A stretch of DNA of 64,000 nt. It comes from an uncultured Desulfobacterales bacterium (lineage in GTDB: Bacteria; Desulfobacterota; Desulfobacteria; Desulfobacterales; SpSt-501). Positions within the stretch are counted from its first letter, which is position 1. Each line of letters begins with the position of its first letter. Under the pieces are notes generated by a model. It did no database searches. It was given only the letters and a program-made list of their open reading frames with translations, and was not told the DNA's origin. Location of the stretch: NCBI GenBank assembly GCA_938048455.1, contig CALIUY010000016.1:14796-78795 (forward strand), written 5' to 3'. This document shows positions 15,183 through 24,420 of this stretch, one piece after another. The position numbers and the translations under genes are program-made.

Positions 15183-16928
15183 ATGATCATGATGACGCCA
15201 AAGACGCCGCCGAGTCGTGATCCTTCCAGGGAGAAAAAACTTTTTCTTCAGCCGCTTGCGGTCGTCGCGATTTCCGTCGTCATCGGCCTTCTTTTTTGGG
15301 CGACGGCGATGTTGACCGGTCGCCGGCTCGAGAAGGCGCTCCTCGAGGGTGTCCAGGCGCACGCACGCTCCATTCTCCAAGGGATCGAGCTTCTGGCCGA
15401 ACGCAAGTTCGAGCGCTGGGAGAAGCTGCTTCATGTGGGGGGATCCGATCCGTTTTCCCTGGATTCATCGTTCGAAGAAGTCTTTGCGCTGCGGGAGGTG
15501 ATGATTTCCGATCTGCTCTCCCGGGCCACGGAACTCGACGGCGCCCTGTCCGCCGGATCGGGGCCGGAAGAGTTCCTCGCGGAAGCCCTCGCTTCGGGGG
15601 AAATCGCGGCTCTGGCCGTCTTCGATGCGGCAGGCCGAACCCTCTACACCGCCGGCACCCTGCCGGAGGCCTTTTCCCTGGAGCTCTCCGCACTCCTGCC
15701 GCCAGGGGAAGAAATCGCCGTGAGGCTCGAGGCGGAGGAACCCTTCGCCCAAGGCTACGTCGGACTGCGAAGGCGCAACGCCGGCGGAGCGGTATTTCTT
15801 TTTTTCGAGCGCGAGGGAATCCGGCGCTGGACGCTGCGGCGGGCGCTCCGCGAGGCGGCCGAGGAGGTCGGCTGGCGAGAGGAGGTCGCCCATCTGGTTC
15901 TCCTGGACGACGGCGGCCGAACGATCGTCTCGCTGGGCGATACACCGCAAGATCGGCTGTCGGCCCCCCCGCCCGCGGAAGGGGAAATGCGCCGTCTGAC
16001 CCAAAAAGAAGGAGATCTCCTCGAGGCGGCGCGTCGCATCCGTTTCGAGGGCGAAAATCCTTTTCTCGCCCGCATCGGGCTGCGCGCCCGAACCCTCGAT
16101 GAATTGGTCCGCGACCATCGCCGCAGCGTCTATCTCTCCGCGGCGCTGATGGTCGGCTTGGGCCTGCTGTTCATCCTGCTGCTCACCTGGAATCAGAACC
16201 GTCACCTGCGGCGGATCGAGGCGCTGCAACGACGCCTGCACCAGACCGAGCGCCTCTCTTCCCTCGGAAAACTCGCCGCCGCCGTGGCCCACGAAATCCG
16301 AAACCCCCTGAACGCCGTGAGCCTCGCCATCCAGCGCCTGCAACGCGAAGCCGAGACGGGAAAGGGAAACCCGGCGGAAACGGCAAAGCTCCTGCAGACC
16401 GTGCGCAGCGAAATCCGGCGCCTGGACCGCATCGTCGAGGATTTCCTCATGCTCTCCCGCGCCGGCAGGATCGAGCTCCGCGCCGTCTCTTTGCGCGCGC
16501 TGATCGAATCGCTGCTCACCCTTCTCGGCGAGGAGGCCGGAGCGCGCGCGGTGACCTTGGAATCCGTCTTTCCGGAGACGGATCTCGTCTTGACCGGTGA
16601 CGAAAACCGCTTGCGCCAGGCGTTGCTCAACTTAATGAAAAACGCGCTCGAGGCCCTGCCTCAAGGCGGCACCGTCCGCGTCGCCCTCCGGAGCCGCCCG
16701 CCCGGGGAGGCCGAGATCGAAATCCGCGACACGGGGGTCGGGATCCCGCAGGCGAGCCTGACCGCAATCTTCGACCCGGATTACACGACCAAGCCCGGCG
16801 GCCTGGGATTGGGGCTTCCCATCGCCCTGCAGATCATCCGCGCCCATGGGGGCGAGCTCACCGTGCACAGCGCCCCCGGAGAGGGTACGGTTTTCACGCT
16901 CCGGCTGCCGCTTGCCGGAGGAAACTAG
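15183..16928 (+). CDS. Sensor histidine kinase (ZraS/AtoS-like)
   Basis: TM segment, long sensor region, H-box AAVAHEIRNPLNAV, N-box LLNLMKNALEA, G-boxes DTGVGIP and GLGLGLPIA. AGGGAG lies upstream of ATG 15183. Confidence 0.9.
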   Translation: MIMMTPKTPPSRDPSREKKLFLQPLAVVAISVVIGLLFWATAMLTGRRLEKALLEGVQAHARSILQGIELLAERKFERWEKLLHVGGSDPFSLDSSFEEVFALREVMISDLLSRATELDGALSAGSGPEEFLAEALASGEIAALAVFDAAGRTLYTAGTLPEAFSLELSALLPPGEEIAVRLEAEEPFAQGYVGLRRRNAGGAVFLFFEREGIRRWTLRRALREAAEEVGWREEVAHLVLLDDGGRTIVSLGDTPQDRLSAPPPAEGEMRRLTQKEGDLLEAARRIRFEGENPFLARIGLRARTLDELVRDHRRSVYLSAALMVGLGLLFILLLTWNQNRHLRRIEALQRRLHQTERLSSLGKLAAAVAHEIRNPLNAVSLAIQRLQREAETGKGNPAETAKLLQTVRSEIRRLDRIVEDFLMLSRAGRIELRAVSLRALIESLLTLLGEEAGARAVTLESVFPETDLVLTGDENRLRQALLNLMKNALEALPQGGTVRVALRSRPPGEAEIEIRDTGVGIPQASLTAIFDPDYTTKPGGLGLGLPIALQIIRAHGGELTVHSAPGEGTVFTLRLPLAGGN

Positions 16929-16942
16929 GGAGGGGCTCATCC

Positions 16943-18304
16943 ATGCAGGCGCTCGATATCCTGATCGCCGAAGACGAGCGCGTCCAGCGCGAAATGCTGC
17001 GCGATTTCCTCGCCGGCCAGGGCCATCGGGTCGTGGAGGCCGAGAACGGGGCCGTCGCTCTGGAAAAAATCAAGGCCGCGACCTTCGATCTCGCGATTTT
17101 GGATTACCGCATGCCCGACCGGACCGGCCTCGAGGTCCTCGAGGAGGCCCGTCGGCTCAACCCCGAGCTCGACGTGATTCTCCTGACCGCTTACGGCACC
17201 GTGGACAGCGCGGTGGCGGCCATGAAGGCGGGAGCGGCCGACTATCTCGGAAAGCCGCTCGACTTGGAGGAACTGCTGTGCGTGATCGAGCGCATCGCCC
17301 GCCACCGCACCCTGCAACGCGAAAACGAACGGCTCCGCGAACAGCTTGCCGAAACGGGTCTGAAACCCGAAGATCTCGTCTTCCGCAGCTCCCCGATGGC
17401 CGAACTCGTCAACCTCGCCGGCCGCGTCGCCGCCAGTCAAGCCACCGTTCTCCTGCGGGGGGAGAGCGGAACGGGAAAGGAGCTCTTCGCGCGCCTGATC
17501 CATCGCCTGAGCCCGCGCGCCGCCAAACCGCTCCTCATCGTGAACTGCGCCGCGCTCAGCGAAACCCTGATCGAAAGCGAGCTCTTCGGCCACGAGCGCG
17601 GCGCTTTCACCGGCGCCACCCAGCGCCGGATCGGCCGCTTCGAGCAGGCCGACGGCGGAACCCTCTTTCTCGACGAGATCGGGGACGTCTCCCCCGCCGT
17701 CCAGGTCAAGCTGCTGCGCCTGATCCAGGAGGGGGAATTCCAGCGCGTCGGCGGAAACCAGACGCTCCGGGCCGATGTGCGCCTGATCAGCGCGACTCAC
17801 CAGGATCTCGAGTCCAAAATCGCCTCCGGCGCCTTTCGGGAAGACCTCTACTATCGCTTGAACGTCGTTTCGCTGTCCATTCCGCCGCTCCGCGAGCGCC
17901 GCGCCGACATCCCGCCGCTTGTCGACCATTTCGTCACCCGCTTCGCCCGCGAAAACCGCAAGGCCCTAAAGGGGGTGAGCCGGGAAGCGATGGACCAGCT
18001 CGTCAAGTACGACTACCCGGGCAACGTGCGCGAGCTCGAAAACATCATCGAGCGGGCCGTCGTTCTCGCCCGCGGGGAGCTCATCACCACGGAGGAGCTG
18101 CCCTTCGGTCGTCGGCAGGCCGGCGAGGAATCTGCAGCCGTGCGGCAAAGCCTGCGTCAGGCTTTGGAACATCTCGAACGGCGCATGATCGCCGAGGCCT
18201 TGGAAGAAGCCGGCGGAAACCAGAGCCGCGCCGCGCAGCGGTTGGGTTTGAGCGAGCGGATGCTGCGCTACAAGCTGAAAAAGTACCGCCTCAAGCCGGC
18301 TTGA
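16943..18304 (+). CDS. Sigma54-dependent response regulator (NtrC/ZraR-like)
   Basis: Receiver (DLAILDYRMPDRTG), AAA+ (GESGTGKE, GAFTGA, FLDEIGD), Fis-type HTH (NQSRAAQRLGLSERMLRYKLKKY). Confidence 0.9.
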   Translation: MQALDILIAEDERVQREMLRDFLAGQGHRVVEAENGAVALEKIKAATFDLAILDYRMPDRTGLEVLEEARRLNPELDVILLTAYGTVDSAVAAMKAGAADYLGKPLDLEELLCVIERIARHRTLQRENERLREQLAETGLKPEDLVFRSSPMAELVNLAGRVAASQATVLLRGESGTGKELFARLIHRLSPRAAKPLLIVNCAALSETLIESELFGHERGAFTGATQRRIGRFEQADGGTLFLDEIGDVSPAVQVKLLRLIQEGEFQRVGGNQTLRADVRLISATHQDLESKIASGAFREDLYYRLNVVSLSIPPLRERRADIPPLVDHFVTRFARENRKALKGVSREAMDQLVKYDYPGNVRELENIIERAVVLARGELITTEELPFGRRQAGEESAAVRQSLRQALEHLERRMIAEALEEAGGNQSRAAQRLGLSERMLRYKLKKYRLKPA

Positions 18305-19679
18305 CCGGCGGGCTTTTGGGTTTCTCCCCGTTGGGAGAAAAGGGGGAGGAGAGGCCGTATTTGCGCATGCGTCGCCAGAGCGTCGTGCGGCTGATTCCGA
18401 GGGCGCGCGCCGCGGCGAGACGATTGCCCCGCAAGCCGGCAAGCACGGTACGGATCTTCTCGGCCTGAGCCGCGGTCTCCGGCGGCGGGCAACAGCGGCT
18501 TTCCGAGACCTCTTCCCGGATTTCCTGCGGCAGGTGTTCCGGCCGGATCAGCTTTTCGCGGCAAGTGACGAAAGCGTACTCGATGATGTTTTCGAGCTCG
18601 CGGATATTTCCGGGGAACGGATAGTCGAGAAGAAGATTCAACACCTCCGGGGCCACTCCCTGGATCTCCCGGCCCTTGATCATGTTGAACCGGCGCACAA
18701 CGTGGTCAACCAACAGGGGAATGTCCTCCCGGCGCTCGCGCAGCGGCGGGAGGCTCACCTTGACGACGTTCAGGCGGTAATAGAGATCTTCCCGGAACCG
18801 CCCCTCGCGCACCTGGGCCTTCAGGTCCAGGTTGGAGGCCGTCACCAGCCGAAAGTCGGATCGCCGCGGCCGGTTCGACCCGAGCGGGGTGAACACTCCG
18901 TCTTCGAGCACACGCAGCAGGTCGGCCTGGAACGCCGTCGAGGTGCTGCCGATTTCATCCAGAAACAGGGTTCCGCGGTCAGCGGCCAGGATCCGGCCGG
19001 ACTTGTCGCGCACGGCCCCCGTAAAGGCGCCCTTGGCGTAGCCGAAGAGCTCGGATTCAAGGAGCGTATCCGGCAGAGCGGCGCAGTTTACGGCGATGAA
19101 CGGGCCGTCGCTGCGCCGGCTGAGGCCGTGGATCGCCCGGGCGATCAGCTCCTTTCCCGAACCGGTCGGTCCCTCGATCAAAACCGCACTGTCGCTCACC
19201 GCGATGTCCGGCAAAAGAGCGAGCAGGGCGCGGATCCGCGGGTGGCGGCCGACAATGTCCTCCGGGGTATAACGCCGATCGATGTGGCGGCGAAGCTGCT
19301 CGATCTCGGTCAAGTCGCGCAGCGTCTCGACGGCCCCCAGGATCCGGCCGTTTTCGTCTTTCAGCGGGGCCACATTGAGGCGCACCATGACCCGTCCGCC
19401 GCCTTTGGCGATCAGGACGACGCGCTGATCGGCGGGGGGGCATTCGCCCTGCAGGCAGTCATCGAGGGGACAGCGGCGGGCGCACAGATCGGCCCGCAGG
19501 ACGTCGAAGCATTTGCGCCCCACGGCCTCGGCGGACGAAAAACCGGTGATCCGCTCGGCGGCGGGATTGAGGTAGGTGACCCGCTTTTGCGCGTCGATCG
19601 TGATCACGCCCTCGCTCACGCTCTCGACGATCGTGCAGCAGTGGGTGGGCGACAGGGTCAGGATGCGGAAACGCGCCAA
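18291..19679 (-). CDS. Sigma54-dependent activator with PAS domain and Cys cluster
   Basis: PAS (VSEGVITIDAQKRVTYLNPAAERITG), Cys cluster CFDVLRADLCARRCPLDDCLQGEC, AAA+ (GPTGSGKE, GAFTGA), C-terminal HTH (NRLAAARALGISRTTLWRRMRKYG). Confidence 0.9.
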   Translation of the reverse strand: MARFRILTLSPTHCCTIVESVSEGVITIDAQKRVTYLNPAAERITGFSSAEAVGRKCFDVLRADLCARRCPLDDCLQGECPPADQRVVLIAKGGGRVMVRLNVAPLKDENGRILGAVETLRDLTEIEQLRRHIDRRYTPEDIVGRHPRIRALLALLPDIAVSDSAVLIEGPTGSGKELIARAIHGLSRRSDGPFIAVNCAALPDTLLESELFGYAKGAFTGAVRDKSGRILAADRGTLFLDEIGSTSTAFQADLLRVLEDGVFTPLGSNRPRRSDFRLVTASNLDLKAQVREGRFREDLYYRLNVVKVSLPPLRERREDIPLLVDHVVRRFNMIKGREIQGVAPEVLNLLLDYPFPGNIRELENIIEYAFVTCREKLIRPEHLPQEIREEVSESRCCPPPETAAQAEKIRTVLAGLRGNRLAAARALGISRTTLWRRMRKYGLSSPFSPNGEKPKSPPVKPA

Positions 19680-19761
19680 GGCGACTCCTTTCGCGCACGG
19701 GGCGCGGTTTCGCCGGCAAGCGCGGCGAAGGGCGGGCTCCAGGCCTTGCCGACGCTTGCCT

Positions 19762-21027
19762 TCAGGGGCAGACGATGATGTTCCGCGCCCAGAGGCAATC
19801 GCCGCAGGTCGGATGGCGGTTGCCGAAGCAGTCCTCCTCGTTGGACTCGGAAAAGTCGCAGCCGCCGCAGTGGACGCAGGGGGAAAAGTCGAAATCGAGC
19901 ACGCGGCGGCGGAAGCTTCGGTATTCCTCCCGGTTCCAGATCGCGGCGATCTCCTCAGCAGCGATGTTGCCCACCACCCAGCGCCGGATCCGTTTCTCGC
20001 GCCCCAGGACGAAGCAGCGGTAGGAATGCATGAGGGGAATGCAGGGGCTGACGCCGCCGTCCCAGGCGACGGCGGCCGCCCCTTGATCGACGAAACGGCA
20101 ATGCCCGTCGGCCTGGGGGTTGCGCGGCCGCGGCGCCAACGGCTCGGCCGCGCAGCCGGACCAGAAGAGCTCGTTCAGGGCCTGCAGGTTCTCCGGCCGG
20201 GCATCCACCCGTGGAGCGGTTACCCGCGGGTAGAAGGGCGACCCGCTGCTCGTCCAAGGCTTTTCGGCCGACATCCAGTAAAGGATTTCCTCTTTCAACT
20301 CCTCCGTGTAGGGCATCAGGTTCGTGAGGATGATGAAAGCGGCCCCCATCTCGAAGGCCAGCCGTCTGAGCCCCTTCAGCTCACTCAAATTCTCGCGCGT
20401 GAGAACGAATTCAATGCCGATCTCGGGCTTCGCCCGGCGCCGTTCGTGGCGCAACAGGCGCAGCTCGCGCAAGTTCTCCTGGACCACCTTCAGATCCGCC
20501 CCCCCGTGTCCGGCGGCGTGGCCCGCGGGGGAAACCCCGTCCACGGAGACCACCAGCCGGTCCAGACCGGCCGCGAGCAAATCGCGGGACATCGAAGGCG
20601 AAAGAAGCAGACCGTTGGTGACGAGCTCCGTCTCCGCGCCCAGGGCGGAGGCGGCGGCGACCATCTCCGCGATCCGGGGGTGCAACAGCGGCTCCCCCAT
20701 GCCCCAGAAAGACATGGCGCGAAACGAGGGAACCCGCCTGAGCGATTCGATCAGGCGCTCGAAAAGATCACCGGCAAGGGTTCCGGTCGGCTCATCCCAG
20801 CTTCTGCGGATGCAGCTTCGGCAGTCGAGGTTGCAGCGTGTCGTCGGCTCGAGATAGATCTTTGTAAGCGGGGGGTCCTGAGGAAAAACCAGCAGCCCAT
20901 GCGGGCTGGGGCGGACTTCCACCGCCGCGCCGGGCTCGAGGCCCCAGCGCCGCCTCAGCGCCTCCGGAAGCACCAAGCGCCCTTCGGCGTCGAGTTCCAG
21001 AACCAGGGGAGGATCGGTCTCAGACAT
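19762..21027 (-). CDS. Radical SAM/SPASM protein with N-terminal AbrB/SpoVT-like domain
   Basis: N-terminal LELDAEGRLVLPEALRRRWGLEPGAAVEV (swapped-hairpin style), CNLDCRSC radical SAM motif, C-terminal Cys-rich CVHCGGCDF..CFGNRHPTCGDCLW. Confidence 0.85.
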   Translation of the reverse strand: MSETDPPLVLELDAEGRLVLPEALRRRWGLEPGAAVEVRPSPHGLLVFPQDPPLTKIYLEPTTRCNLDCRSCIRRSWDEPTGTLAGDLFERLIESLRRVPSFRAMSFWGMGEPLLHPRIAEMVAAASALGAETELVTNGLLLSPSMSRDLLAAGLDRLVVSVDGVSPAGHAAGHGGADLKVVQENLRELRLLRHERRRAKPEIGIEFVLTRENLSELKGLRRLAFEMGAAFIILTNLMPYTEELKEEILYWMSAEKPWTSSGSPFYPRVTAPRVDARPENLQALNELFWSGCAAEPLAPRPRNPQADGHCRFVDQGAAAVAWDGGVSPCIPLMHSYRCFVLGREKRIRRWVVGNIAAEEIAAIWNREEYRSFRRRVLDFDFSPCVHCGGCDFSESNEEDCFGNRHPTCGDCLWARNIIVCP

Positions 21028-21051
21028 GGGATCGGCTCAATCTCGGGCAAC

Positions 21052-21831
21052 TCATTTCGTCTTGCCGCTTTTGGCGCCGGCAGGCGCCGCGGGGAGGCCG
21101 AGCCTGCGCCGCAGTTCGGCCTCCTCGAGAAGCCCGGAGTGATAGCGCGCATCCGGGAAAATGTAGGTCGGCGTTCCGCTCACCCCTTTGCGGGAGAGAA
21201 GCTCGCGGGTTTCCTCGACCACGCCCTCGCCTTCGGCGCACTGGTTTTCGGAGAGATAGCCGTTGTGGAAATCATCCAGGGATTTCTTGTCGCAAATCAC
21301 GGCGATCGACTGCGGCCGCGAATCCTTGTAGGAGTCCAGGGGGAAAAAGAGGATCCGCGCCGTGATCTCTCCTTGAGCGGCAAGCTTCTTCAGCGTCTCC
21401 TCCCCTTTTTTGCAATAGGGGCAGTGCGGGTCGGTGGCGTAATAGAGGGTCTTCGGGCCGTCCCCCAGACGGATCACGGTGAGCGCCTCGAGCCGCTTCA
21501 TCTCTTCGGCCGTGAAGAGGTTCACCTGCTCGATCTTTTCGCGTGTCAGATTGCGGCCGGTTTTCGCCTCATAGAGCTGACCCATGAGGAGATATTCGCC
21601 CGACGGGCCGGTGTAGAAAATGTGGACCCGCTGATTCAGGCGCACCTGGATTTCGCAGAGGTTCTCAAACTCCGTCGGCTGAAGCGCAACCAGGCTCCGG
21701 TCCGGGGCCTCGAAGCGCGAGATCACCTGCTGGATCTTCTCGCGCGGCGGGCACTGCGCGTCGACCTTTCCCGCAAAAAGCGCAATCAAAGCGATCGTCC
21801 CGGCCACCGCAAAGGCTTGGCTTCGTTTCAC
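21052..21831 (-). CDS. DsbC/DsbG-like periplasmic thiol:disulfide isomerase
   Basis: Signal peptide, N-terminal dimerisation-like domain, thioredoxin fold with CPYC. Confidence 0.8.
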   Translation of the reverse strand: MKRSQAFAVAGTIALIALFAGKVDAQCPPREKIQQVISRFEAPDRSLVALQPTEFENLCEIQVRLNQRVHIFYTGPSGEYLLMGQLYEAKTGRNLTREKIEQVNLFTAEEMKRLEALTVIRLGDGPKTLYYATDPHCPYCKKGEETLKKLAAQGEITARILFFPLDSYKDSRPQSIAVICDKKSLDDFHNGYLSENQCAEGEGVVEETRELLSRKGVSGTPTYIFPDARYHSGLLEEAELRRRLGLPAAPAGAKSGKTK

Positions 21832-21888
21832 GGCCGTTCTCCTTTCTTCGACCCCATCGTCGGCTGCACCCTCTCTTCCGCGCCCGAC

Positions 21889-22428
21889 TCAGCGGCCGGG
21901 GAAGCCCGTCTCCACGGGCAGGTTCGCCTCCCGCCACACCGTCCAGCCGTTCACGAGCACGCGGGCGTGGCGGAAACCCGCATCGCGGAAAAACAGGGCA
22001 AGCTCGTGGCTCAAGGAACAGGTCTCCCCGTCGCAGTAAGTGATCACCGGCGTTTCCAGATCCAGGTCGGCCGTTTCCTCGATAAACCGCAGATCGACTT
22101 CCTGGAGCGGAAGGCTGCGGGCTCCGCGGATATGGCCGCGGGCGTATTCTTGGGGAGGCCGCGCGTCAAAGAAGACGGCGGCCCGCGTAAAAAAGAGTTT
22201 TTCCGCCTCCTCGAGCGCGATGTCCATTCGCTCGCCGGTCGGGGCGGTGAACCTTGCGGCGGGCGAAAAATCCCCCACCAGGGGGATCCCGTCCGGCCGC
22301 AGGGCGTTCACCGAAAGCGCGACGGCCACACTCCAGACCAGAAGCGCCGCCGTCTGCCAGGCGGCCCGGCTCCATACCGGCAAGGAGCTTTCGAGGGAGG
22401 AGACGCGTTTGGGGTCGACGTCGGCCAT
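21889..22428 (-). CDS. Membrane-anchored rhodanese-domain protein
   Basis: ORF 21889..22479 trimmed to ATG 22428. One TM helix, then a rhodanese domain (FFDARPPQEYARGHIRGARSLP, active-site loop YCDGETCSLS). Confidence 0.75.
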   Translation of the reverse strand: MADVDPKRVSSLESSLPVWSRAAWQTAALLVWSVAVALSVNALRPDGIPLVGDFSPAARFTAPTGERMDIALEEAEKLFFTRAAVFFDARPPQEYARGHIRGARSLPLQEVDLRFIEETADLDLETPVITYCDGETCSLSHELALFFRDAGFRHARVLVNGWTVWREANLPVETGFPGR

Positions 22429-22462
22429 AGAAACCACTTCTTTTCCTTTCCGGTTTCTGAAT

Positions 22463-22987
22463 TCAAGAATCGAAGTCAAACCGGCTCAGGTAGCCCTCCA
22501 ACCTCCCGCGGGCTTCCTCGTCAAGCTCGGGGCAATCGGCGGCCGACTTCACCCCCTCGGCGGCCCTCGCGGCGAAGACCATGCAGGTCGGCTCCCCGCA
22601 GCGCCGGCAATTGGTCCGCGGCAGCAGCTTCAGGATCTCGAGCACCTGGGGCTTGGGCGCTCCCTCGTCGCTCGGAGTGATCGTGGCGCGGTTCTCCCAG
22701 GCCTGGTTGATTTCGCGTTTCAGCCATTCGAGAATCTTGTCGGCCTCGGCCTCGTCATTCAGGGCGTTGATGGCGATCTCGCGGCCGTGGATGGTGATCA
22801 GTCGGCCGCGCGAACGCAGCACGAGCGCCGGCGGATCCTTCAAATACTCGAACCCGCCCAAAACCGCGTTCAGATAAGGCAGCACCGCGGAGACATCCTG
22901 ATGCAGGGTCGCGATGCAGTGCAGCGACTCAAAGCGCGGATTGCACTCCGCGCGGAAAATCCTCTTGGTGTATCCTTCAAGCAGCAT
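22463..22987 (-). CDS. Fe-S-binding protein with RnfB/CdhD-type N-terminal-cluster motif at its C-terminus
   Basis: Trimmed to ATG 22987 (GGAGGAGG upstream). LPRTNCRRCGEPTCMVFAARAA matches the Cx2Cx4C Fe-S cluster domain pattern. Confidence 0.65.
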   Translation of the reverse strand: MLLEGYTKRIFRAECNPRFESLHCIATLHQDVSAVLPYLNAVLGGFEYLKDPPALVLRSRGRLITIHGREIAINALNDEAEADKILEWLKREINQAWENRATITPSDEGAPKPQVLEILKLLPRTNCRRCGEPTCMVFAARAAEGVKSAADCPELDEEARGRLEGYLSRFDFDS

Positions 22988-23073
22988 ACGACCTCCTCCC
23001 GGCGAACACGCCGCTTCGCCGGCCTGGCTTTTCAGGGATGCGCGGGGCCGTAGCCGACCTCGAAGACAGGCAT

Positions 23074-23268
23074 TCAATGGCGCGCGAGCGCTTTCTCCAC
23101 CCGCTTGAGCAGCTCCTCGCGCACGAAGGCCAGCGCCTCCTCGGCCTGCCCGTCGAAGGCGATCGCGAGCAGCCGCTGCACCTCCTCGGGCCCGAGCGCA
23201 ATCAGAACCGGTTTCAACGGAAAGCTCACCTTCTCCTCCTCACGATGGGTTTCCCGATCGCCGGTCAT
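23074..23268 (-). CDS. Hypothetical small protein (64 aa)
   Basis: The ORF starts 3 nt after the stop of the upstream gene. Helical, acidic sequence (LIALGPEEVQRLLAIAFDGQAEEALAFVREELLKRVEKAL). No family recognised. Confidence 0.45.
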   Translation of the reverse strand: MTGDRETHREEEKVSFPLKPVLIALGPEEVQRLLAIAFDGQAEEALAFVREELLKRVEKALARH

Positions 23269-23271
23269 TTG

Positions 23272-24420
23272 CTATTCGACCACACCGGTCACCATCACCT
23301 GGAGCGCCGGACGGGCGGGGTGATCGGTTTCGATCACCACCATGTCGGCGATCCGGCCGGGCTCCTTGCGGGTGCTGAAAATCGTGAGCTCGTAGACCGT
23401 CCCCGAAGGACCGCTTTTCTGGGCCAACTGAAAGCGAATGTCGCGTCCTTTCACGGCCCGGAGGTTCCGGATGGCGAAGGGCCGCTCGGGGCGCGGCAGG
23501 ATTCGGGCGACGGCGCTCGCCGTCTCTCCCGCTTTCGCCCGCAACAGGACACTTTTGGGCTGGATGTCGGCGAAGGCCTCGACCCGCCCGCTGAGCATCA
23601 GCTCCAGAACAGCGGCGGCGGGGTCGTTGGTGTGCACCACCACCGCTTCGCGGATATCCCGGCCGGCGTATCCCGCGGTCTTGAATTCCACCCGGATCGT
23701 GCCTTGGCCTCCGGCAGGGATGAGCCTCGTCGACGAGGCCGCCGTGCAGCCGCAACCCGTTTTCAGCTTTTCGATTCGCAGCTCGGCCGTCCCCCGGTTC
23801 TCGACCACGAATTCATGACGCACGAGGTCGCCCTCGATGGCCGTGCCGAAGTCGTGGTGGGGTTTTGGCACCACAACGGCAGGGGAGCCGGCCTCGGCGA
23901 CGCCGCTGCCGCCAGCGGACAGCCAGAAGATCGCCAGCAGCAACGGCGCGGTTTTGCCGGCCGCCCGGCGGGCGAAAAACACGCTGTAAAAAAGGACCAG
24001 CGCCACGGCGAGAAACAGGCCGTCCCGCAGCAAAACCCAGTGGGTCGCCAGCGCCGGGCCCTCGCTTCCGGTGCTGAAGCAGCCGCAGTGGACGTCCAGG
24101 CCGCGGGCGGCGTTGAAAGCGAGCGCGCCGACAAACACCAGCAGCAGACCGTTGGCCGACAGCACGGCGCCGGGGAGCCAAAAACCGGTGATCAAGCACA
24201 GACCGAGGAAAAGCTCCATCCACGGAAGCGCCAGCGCGACCAGATGCACGAGGACATCGGGAAGGATTTGATAATTGTAGACGTCCTTGGCGAAGGCCGC
24301 CGGGTGGGCGATCTTGTCCAGGCTCGCGTAGACGAAGATCCCCCCCAGGAGCAACCGGGCCCCGAGCTGCATCCAATCGGCGGCCCCCCTGCGCAGCGGA
24401 CGCCCGGACTCAGTGTGCAT
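23272..24420 (-). CDS. MauE/DoxX-family membrane protein fused to a DUF1573-like beta-sandwich domain
   Basis: Trimmed to ATG 24420, which overlaps the upstream stop by 11 nt. The N-terminal 4-TM region has CGCF; the C-terminal HDFGTAIEGDLVRHEFVVENRGTAELRIEKLKTGCGCT is typical of DUF1573. Confidence 0.75.
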   Translation of the reverse strand: MHTESGRPLRRGAADWMQLGARLLLGGIFVYASLDKIAHPAAFAKDVYNYQILPDVLVHLVALALPWMELFLGLCLITGFWLPGAVLSANGLLLVFVGALAFNAARGLDVHCGCFSTGSEGPALATHWVLLRDGLFLAVALVLFYSVFFARRAAGKTAPLLLAIFWLSAGGSGVAEAGSPAVVVPKPHHDFGTAIEGDLVRHEFVVENRGTAELRIEKLKTGCGCTAASSTRLIPAGGQGTIRVEFKTAGYAGRDIREAVVVHTNDPAAAVLELMLSGRVEAFADIQPKSVLLRAKAGETASAVARILPRPERPFAIRNLRAVKGRDIRFQLAQKSGPSGTVYELTIFSTRKEPGRIADMVVIETDHPARPALQVMVTGVVE

